A stretch of 64,000 bases of DNA. It comes from Candidatus Magasanikiibacteriota bacterium. Its GTDB lineage: Bacteria > Patescibacteriota > Patescibacteriia > Magasanikbacterales > UBA922. Below, in pieces: positions 58,199 through 64,000 of this stretch. The stretch is from the NCBI GenBank assembly GCA_041674805.1, contig JBAYVA010000001.1, forward strand, positions 326,612 to 390,611. The letters are read 5' to 3'. Under the pieces are notes generated by a model, which saw nothing but the letters and a program-made list of their open reading frames with translations, had not been told where the DNA came from and did not search any database. Positions within the stretch are counted from its first letter, which is position 1, and every line of letters starts with the position of its first letter. The translations under genes were made by a program, and so were the position numbers.

Positions 58199-59626
58199 CT
58201 AAAAATCTTTGGTATAAACTTCATCTCCACTGTCTGTAATAATTTTACGATTACCCAAATTACCATTATTTTCAAGATCTTCCACAGGTAAACTAGCAAA
58301 AACTTCTAGAGGTAAATCAGATGGTGGTTCTGCCGCTTTAGTAGTTGCTTTTTGAACCAAAGGAGTTTTGACATGAGACATAGGAAAATGCCAGAGTGTG
58401 GCTAATTCTTCAATATTTAACACAAACCATTTTGAAGCATAACCAATTTTTCTTTTACGATAAGCCTTTATAAACTCAGTTTGTTTTTGTCCTTTTTTCT
58501 TTGGGTTGCGAATACCACCAGTAGAAGATTTTTCAACAATAGAATTGGAAGTCGGACTATTGAACTGATTAATAGCACCTTTGAGAGCGTTGACTCCTCT
58601 TTCTGTTTTGAATACTTCTTTTCTCGCTACATAGACACCACGCATTTTAGTTTTGAAACCAATTTTAGAAATTTTCTTTTCCATATCTTCCACCAATTTC
58701 ATCTGACCTGGAGTCAAATATTTCAATTGGTTTTTTTCACTACTACCAGAGTCAGCGTCTCCACCACTACTTCTCTCAGTACCAACTACTTGAGCATTTA
58801 TTTCTTCAAAACTTTTCCAAACTTCTTTGGTCAAAACATTGTCAGTAATAAAAGAAAATGGACCACCTTTTTTAGCACCACCACTTTCTCCAATCATTTC
58901 TTTTATTTTACTAATAGTTTTTTCTTTCCAACTATTATCAATTGGTTCTACTATAATCTGAAACCACATTTGTTCACCAGGTCCAATACGAGTAAAACTT
59001 TCCAAAAATGTTCCCATTGGATCTTTCAAAACTGTATCTTTGGAAATATTATGTTCAAATTCACGATAACTACGCAAAGGAAAAGCATAATCTTCTGACA
59101 AACTAAAATCACCAATCCAAGCGTCATATTCTTTGTTTGGAAACTGTTGTGGTACAAAATTGACATAATCCTCTACTTCTGTGATTTCTGCATCTGGATA
59201 TTGTGCATACACAGAAGCTTCTACTAAGTCACGGAATTCTTCTTCAGTCCAAACCAAAAATTGGATATAACCTTCTATACTAACAATTTCCATACTATAC
59301 CATTTTTGTTTGTAACCTTTGCGAAACTTGTCATAAAAACCAGCTTTATCAAAAGCACCCGATAGATGAGCAAACATTTGTTCTACAGCCAAAGGTGTTT
59401 GCACATTTTCTGGAGGTATATCTATAGCCAACAAAACAGATTTCCACTTATTGGTATTTTTGGTATTTTGAATATAATCAGCATAAAAATTTACCACCAC
59501 AAAAGCAAGCAACCATACAAAAAACAACCAACCAAATATAGCATAAAATTCTAATATGACTGTACCTGTAGCTTGGTTGAAAAAATCAATAATAGTGTTC
59601 AATACCAAATTTATATAGTATTCCAT
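58199..59626 (-). CDS. hypothetical membrane protein (N-terminal 2-TM hairpin + large soluble domain)
   Basis: 475 aa with no recognisable catalytic motif. Confidence 0.4.
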   Translation of the reverse strand: MEYYINLVLNTIIDFFNQATGTVILEFYAIFGWLFFVWLLAFVVVNFYADYIQNTKNTNKWKSVLLAIDIPPENVQTPLAVEQMFAHLSGAFDKAGFYDKFRKGYKQKWYSMEIVSIEGYIQFLVWTEEEFRDLVEASVYAQYPDAEITEVEDYVNFVPQQFPNKEYDAWIGDFSLSEDYAFPLRSYREFEHNISKDTVLKDPMGTFLESFTRIGPGEQMWFQIIVEPIDNSWKEKTISKIKEMIGESGGAKKGGPFSFITDNVLTKEVWKSFEEINAQVVGTERSSGGDADSGSSEKNQLKYLTPGQMKLVEDMEKKISKIGFKTKMRGVYVARKEVFKTERGVNALKGAINQFNSPTSNSIVEKSSTGGIRNPKKKGQKQTEFIKAYRKRKIGYASKWFVLNIEELATLWHFPMSHVKTPLVQKATTKAAEPPSDLPLEVFASLPVEDLENNGNLGNRKIITDSGDEVYTKDF

Positions 59627-59628
59627 AA

Positions 59629-59790
59629 TTAAACTTTCAATAATTTAAAAACTATTGGAAACAAAACTAATACTCCCAAAAATAATAAATACCAACCATT
59701 GCTTCCAGCAATATAGCCAGCAAAATAAACCAAAAACAATATAATGACAATCAAAACTGTAGTCAAAATATGTAAAAAACTATCACTCAT
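59629..59790 (-). CDS. possible small membrane protein (53 aa)
   Basis: MSDSFLHILTTVLIVIILFLVYFAGYIAGS… with the start at 59788-59790, downstream of the secF terminator. The longer track ORF (59629-60015) would overlap secF and is discounted. Confidence 0.3.
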   Translation of the reverse strand: MSDSFLHILTTVLIVIILFLVYFAGYIAGSNGWYLLFLGVLVLFPIVFKLLKV

Positions 59791-59829
59791 ATTAATTAGA
59801 TTAAATATGTAAGTATTATAACACAAAAC

Positions 59830-59857
59830 AAAAATCCCCGAAACTACGGGGATTTGA
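59830..59857 (-). terminator. Rho-independent terminator downstream of secF
   Basis: aaatccccg-aaacta-cggggattt stem with a T-run on the minus strand. Confidence 0.6.
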
Positions 59858-59875
59858 AACTGTGAACAAATGATT

Positions 59876-60880
59876 TTACTTCTTAGAAATCTTTTGCCAG
59901 AAAACCAACAAAGGACTAGCAATAAAGATAGAAGAATAAGTACCAAAAGAGATACCAATGATAAGTGCCAAAACAAAATAATGAATAGTACTACCACCAA
60001 AAAAGAATAACGCAATTAATACTAATAAAGTCGTGAAAGAAGTATTGATAGAACGAGAAATTGTCTCATTGACACCTTTGTTAACAATATTTTCAAAATC
60101 ATCATAACCATATTTGATCAAATTTTCACGAATTCTGTCAAATACGATAATAGTATCATTGACTGAATAACCCAAAATAGTAAGAAGAGCAACCACAAAA
60201 GGTATATCTACCTCTACACCCATATATTTGCCAAGAAAGGCAAAAACACCCATAGTAATAAATACATCGTGGATAAGAGCCACTACAGCGGTTACACCGT
60301 ATTTCCAAGAATGTATTGGCTTTGAAACTTTTCTAAAAGCATAAGTAATATACAAAACAATGGCAATAACTACAGCGATACCAGCTTCAAAAGTTCTACT
60401 TTTCATTTGTGAACTTACTGATGAACCAATTACTTCCAAACGTTCTTCTATCAATCTATTTTCTGGTTTTTCAGCATCAAACTTATCTTCTACTGCTACA
60501 AAATTAGGATCCTTTACAGCTTCTGGATCAATCATTACATCTACCATTATGTTTTCAAATTCAGAACGTAAATTTGCCAAAATTTCTTGATGTTCATCTT
60601 CTGAAATAAATCTCATTTTCAAAATATAAGCATTTTCACCAGTTGGTTGTACCAAAACACTACCATAAGTACCATCAGCAAATTGAGCTTGCATACTTTC
60701 CAAATCAGGTCTTTCACTAGTAAAACTTATTTCCATAAGTGAACCACCAGTAAAATCAATACCTGGTTTCAAACCAAATGTAATAACTGCAAACAAACTT
60801 ACTAGCAATAATACTCCCGAGAAAATAAAGAATATATTTCTATTTTTTACGATATTGAGCATATTTTTATTCTTTTTCAT
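59876..60880 (-). CDS. secF: protein translocase subunit SecF
   Basis: SecF N-terminal TM helix plus periplasmic domain and the conserved 5-TM C-terminal SecD/SecF region. Overlaps secD by 14 nt. Confidence 0.85.
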   Translation of the reverse strand: MKKNKNMLNIVKNRNIFFIFSGVLLLVSLFAVITFGLKPGIDFTGGSLMEISFTSERPDLESMQAQFADGTYGSVLVQPTGENAYILKMRFISEDEHQEILANLRSEFENIMVDVMIDPEAVKDPNFVAVEDKFDAEKPENRLIEERLEVIGSSVSSQMKSRTFEAGIAVVIAIVLYITYAFRKVSKPIHSWKYGVTAVVALIHDVFITMGVFAFLGKYMGVEVDIPFVVALLTILGYSVNDTIIVFDRIRENLIKYGYDDFENIVNKGVNETISRSINTSFTTLLVLIALFFFGGSTIHYFVLALIIGISFGTYSSIFIASPLLVFWQKISKK

Positions 60881-62912
60881 TATTAATAAAAGTACCTAGA
60901 AACAACCAACCACCATCACGCTTTTTGAACCAAGGTACTACAAATCTAAGCATCACACGAGTAATGATAATCGCACTAAACATAGACAAAGATACACCAA
61001 GGAAAAGAGTAATAGCAAAACCTTTGACAAAACTTGTACCAAACCAAATCAACAATAAACAAGTAATCAAAGTTGACATATTACCATCAAAAATAGATGA
61101 CCACGCACGTTTGAAACCTTCTTCTACTGCTGCTTTTAAACTTTTACCACTTCTCAATTCTTCTTTTAGACGTTCAAAAATAAGAACATTAGCATCAACT
61201 GCCATACCAATAGAAAGTATGAAACCAGCAATACCAGCCAAAGTCAACGTAACTCCTATCAACTTGAAAATAGCCAAAGTCAACGTAATATAAAGAGATA
61301 AAGCAATGACAGACAACAAACCAGGCAATCTATAATAAAACAACATAAATAACATGACCAAAATCACACCAACAATACCAGCATACAAACTAGAAGAAAC
61401 AGATCTATCACCTAGACTTGCTCCGACTGTTTGTTGAGAAATAAGATTTACAGGTACTGGCAAAGCACCAGCATTCAATCTTTGTGAAAGCAATCTAGCT
61501 TCTTGTAAGGTAAAACTACCAGTAATAACAGCACGTCCATCAGTAATAGCAACTTGTACAACTGGAGCACTAATTATTTCATTGTCCAAAAATATTGCAA
61601 CTTGTTGACCAACATTACGTTTGGTAATATCTGCAAAAAAATCTTTACCTTCACTATCAAAATTCAAAGCTACTTGAATAGCACCAGTTTGACCATCACT
61701 AACTACTTCAGAACGTTCTAGATTTTTACCAGATAAACTAGTATTTTTCCAAGGTTCTTGTGGAGGCAAAATATCTGTAGAAGATTTGGTATTTACCAAA
61801 ATTCTCCACATTTCGTATTCTTTGGTAGTTCTTTCATCTTTTTTGAAAATGACATGATAACCAAATTGAGTTTCTACTGGTCCAATGATTTGACCTTTTT
61901 CTGCAGGAAATATAGCATTTTCAAATTCTGTTACCATCATACCAGCAGAAAACCAGCCAAGTTCACCACTGTTTTGTGCTACACTTGGATCTGTAGAATT
62001 AGTTTTGGCTAATTCAGCAAAATTATCAGCAGTCGCTTGATCATAAATTTCTTGAGCTTTTGCCAAAGCTTGTTCTTTGGTAAAATTTTCTGTATTACAA
62101 TTGGTAGCACCAGTATAACAAATCAAAATATGACTTGCTTCAACTTCTTTTTGTCCTTCACGTTCCTCACCTCTTTTGACGATATTGAAACCTTCAGTAT
62201 TTTCAATCAAAGTTTTACTGACTTCATTTACTTTGGCAGTCTTTGCCCAATCGTATAATTCAGTATAAACAGAACTACTACCAACATAATCTAAATATCC
62301 ACCATTGTTTTTACTATTTTCATCCTCAGAACTTTCACGTGCAATATCTTCAAAAACACTATTTTTTACTTTTGTTTTTTTCAATAAATCATTTGCTTTT
62401 ATTTTTGCTTCTTTATTATAAGTATCTAATTCTTTTTGTTCATCAGCGGTCAATTCACGAGCTGGTTCATTGTTTATTTCTTTGAATTCCAAAATAGGTG
62501 TAGTACCAATCATCGCAATAGCTTGATCTACATCAGAGACACCTGGTAATTCAATAATAATTCTATGTGCATTTCCTACTTCTGTTGTTTGTACTTGTGC
62601 TTCAGAAACACCAAGACCATTTATTCTTTTTTCAATTACATCACGCACACCTTCTACAGCAGCACCTTCTTCACCAGCTTGAATATTACTTGTGTCAGCT
62701 TCATAAACCAAATGAGCACCACCTTGCAAATCAAGACCTAAACGAAATTGTTTTTCAGGAAAATGAGGCAAACCTAATTTGACAGTAGTATTCACCCAAT
62801 CAATACCTTTGTTAAAAAATTGTGGACTAACAAATACACTAGATATGAATAAAAGTGCAATGATTCCAAAAATTCCCCATCTTAATTTGCCACGAATATT
62901 TGCTTTTGTCAT
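60867..62912 (-). CDS. secD: protein translocase subunit SecD with an embedded PpiC/parvulin-type PPIase domain
   Basis: SecD N-terminal TM helix, P1-domain sequences and C-terminal 5-TM region (…LSIGMAVDANVLIFERLKEE…). The periplasmic domain contains a complete parvulin signature: ASHILI…NSGELGWFSAGMMVTEFENAIFPAEKGQIIGPVETQFGYHVIFK. Confidence 0.85.
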   Translation of the reverse strand: MTKANIRGKLRWGIFGIIALLFISSVFVSPQFFNKGIDWVNTTVKLGLPHFPEKQFRLGLDLQGGAHLVYEADTSNIQAGEEGAAVEGVRDVIEKRINGLGVSEAQVQTTEVGNAHRIIIELPGVSDVDQAIAMIGTTPILEFKEINNEPARELTADEQKELDTYNKEAKIKANDLLKKTKVKNSVFEDIARESSEDENSKNNGGYLDYVGSSSVYTELYDWAKTAKVNEVSKTLIENTEGFNIVKRGEEREGQKEVEASHILICYTGATNCNTENFTKEQALAKAQEIYDQATADNFAELAKTNSTDPSVAQNSGELGWFSAGMMVTEFENAIFPAEKGQIIGPVETQFGYHVIFKKDERTTKEYEMWRILVNTKSSTDILPPQEPWKNTSLSGKNLERSEVVSDGQTGAIQVALNFDSEGKDFFADITKRNVGQQVAIFLDNEIISAPVVQVAITDGRAVITGSFTLQEARLLSQRLNAGALPVPVNLISQQTVGASLGDRSVSSSLYAGIVGVILVMLFMLFYYRLPGLLSVIALSLYITLTLAIFKLIGVTLTLAGIAGFILSIGMAVDANVLIFERLKEELRSGKSLKAAVEEGFKRAWSSIFDGNMSTLITCLLLIWFGTSFVKGFAITLFLGVSLSMFSAIIITRVMLRFVVPWFKKRDGGWLFLGTFINNEKE

Positions 62913-63234
62913 AAACTTATTTTTTTCAACAAAATCGTTGAATTATTATTTTTTAAATACTTAAAACTTCTCTACTAAAATAATAGTAGTCAATTGGTCA
63001 ATATTGTATCTATTTACCAATAAAAAGTCAAGCATACTTAGTAACAATAATAGCTTGACAAGTTATATAGCTCTATTTAGCAATACGCTTTCAAATTGAT
63101 TATTATTTCAATCTAAAATTTACAACTCCAAATACCAACTTCTAAATTTAAAATAATTTATATTTAAAGTTTTAAATATTAAAAAAACAACACCAAATAT
63201 AAGTGTTGTTGCAAAAAATAAAAAAGATTTTTGT

Positions 63235-63272
63235 CGCCCGCCGTCGCCCCAAAGTTTGGGACGGCGGCGAGC
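63235..63272 (-). terminator. GC-rich Rho-independent terminator
   Basis: On the minus strand, cgccgccgtccc-aaacttt-ggggcgacggcgggcg followed by acaaaaatcttttttatttttt. Confidence 0.5.
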
Positions 63273-63282
63273 ATGACGCAGT

Positions 63283-63424
63283 TCATTGATGCCTTCTTTT
63301 TGTCTTGAGCACCACCCACCTTCCTCTCGTTCGTCTGAGCCAGCGGACGAAACGGAAAGTTGAATAGCACACCAAAACTGAAAAGCAAACAGCAATTACT
63401 GCGAAAATGATCAAAATAATCATG
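63283..63424 (-). CDS. candidate small hydrophobic peptide (46 aa, basic C-terminus) in GC-rich island
   Basis: MIILIIFAVIAVCFSVLVCYSTFRFVRWLRRTRGRWVVLKTKRRHQ. The track gives longer alternatives (63283-63492 and overlapping frames), so the frame choice is uncertain. Confidence 0.3.
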
Positions 63425-63629
63425 CCCAACTCCTTTGTCTCTGCCCCTCGCAGAGAACACCTAAAATTAGCATATTTTTTCAAAAATGTCAATAAAAAAA
63501 GACAGCCACAAAGCTGTCATAATAATCTGTGTAATCTTTTTAAACTCAGTAAAATCAGTGTCTGAAGTGAAGGCGCGCCCGGATTGTGGATCCAGGCGGG
63601 CCATAATTTTTTTTCTGAAATAGACGACG

Positions 63630-63812
63630 CTAGTCGCTTTCGTCTGGTTCAGAAGCCCTCTCTCGCTTGTCTACCATCCATGACCAAACGAGGCAGGCGA
63701 CAGCAAGAACAGCGAGAATGATTTTGTACTCCATGGTTCCCTCACTACCCGCGAATTGCAGGATTAACAAAATAATAGCAAAAAACAGCCAAAAAGTCAA
63801 TGCTTTAGCCAA
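63630..63812 (-). CDS. candidate small membrane peptide(s) (60 aa or two shorter peptides) in GC-rich island
   Basis: MAKALTFWLFFAIILLILQFAGSEGTMEYKIILAVLAVACLVWSWMVDKRERASEPDESD. A GC-rich hairpin (ggcgcgcccgg…ccaggcgggcc) follows. Confidence 0.3.
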   Translation of the reverse strand: MAKALTFWLFFAIILLILQFAGSEGTMEYKIILAVLAVACLVWSWMVDKRERASEPDESD

Positions 63813-63877
63813 AATTTGAGTATTTTAGTATGATTCTTTTAAAATAAAAAACTCTCGTTTTTGACGAGAGTTTGTAT

Positions 63878-63960
63878 TCAAGATACAAGTTACAAGAAAC
63901 AAATTCCAAATACCAATTTATTTTTGATTTAGGATTTATGATTTTTGATTTGTTTGTATC
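63878..63960. repeat. AT-rich palindromic intergenic repeat (third member of the acaaattccaaata family)
   Basis: caagatacaagttacaagaaacaaattccaaatacc … ttgtttgtatcttgtttcttgtt, with inverted arms. Confidence 0.45.
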
Positions 63961-64000
63961 TTGTTTCTTGTTATTTAAACAACTATTTAGGATCCATGAC

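Noticed and set aside
58481-59098. 205-aa plus-strand ORF
   Set aside because: Antisense to the 475-aa minus-strand gene. Phe-rich low-complexity artefact.
59629-60015. 128-aa minus-strand ORF
   Set aside because: Its 5' two-thirds overlap the secF 3' end and the secF terminator hairpin. Only the terminal 53-aa segment downstream of the terminator is retained, as a low-confidence small gene.
63120-63460. Overlapping 91-aa and 93-aa minus-strand ORFs in the GC-rich island
   Set aside because: These are mutually overlapping frames spanning the GC-rich terminator hairpin. They are more likely by-products of elevated GC than genes. The shorter hydrophobic frame 63283-63424 was preferred, but this remains uncertain.

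Overview
This 64-kb window is AT-rich, gene-dense and coded almost entirely on the minus strand. It appears to come from a small-genome bacterium with hallmarks often seen in CPR/Patescibacteria-like lineages: RpoA without an alpha-CTD, a short AlaRS, a split ComEC and several domain fusions.

Recognisable content:
- Ribosomal-protein operon tail: infA-rpmJ-rpsM-rpsK-rpsD-rpoA-rplQ, then rplM-rpsI.
- Housekeeping and envelope genes: greA, recQ, ftsEX, a parvulin PPIase, ftsB-like, murG, ftsW, mnmA, alaS, rpmA, lepB, rsmB-like, tandem-LOG, gatCA, a NUDIX hydrolase, ligA, secDF.
- Type IV pilus/competence genes: pilD, pilin, a response regulator, pilM, and a split ComEC.
- Three clear tRNAs (Lys-TTT, Thr-CGT, Ser-GGA) plus one aberrant tRNA-like gene carrying a 14-nt insertion in its anticodon loop.

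The most interesting locus is a type I restriction-modification operon (hsdM ... hsdS ... hsdR, 30.8-38.9 kb) interrupted by non-RM genes. A very AT-rich two-gene cassette encodes a RelA/SpoT-domain (toxSAS/CapRel-like) protein with an overlapping unknown 206-aa partner; a Fic protein and a small zinc-ribbon protein also sit inside the operon. A neighbouring RhuM/Doc-like gene and hsdM are each preceded by the same ~85-nt element, which contains a perfect 17-nt palindrome.

Other notable structure:
- A GIY-YIG endonuclease ORF wedged between a complete tRNA-Ser and a duplicated 5' half of that tRNA, with GC-rich repeats around it.
- A SecD carrying an embedded parvulin domain.
- A GC-rich island with two tiny hydrophobic ORFs at the 3' end of the window.
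- Several families of long AT-rich palindromic intergenic repeats.
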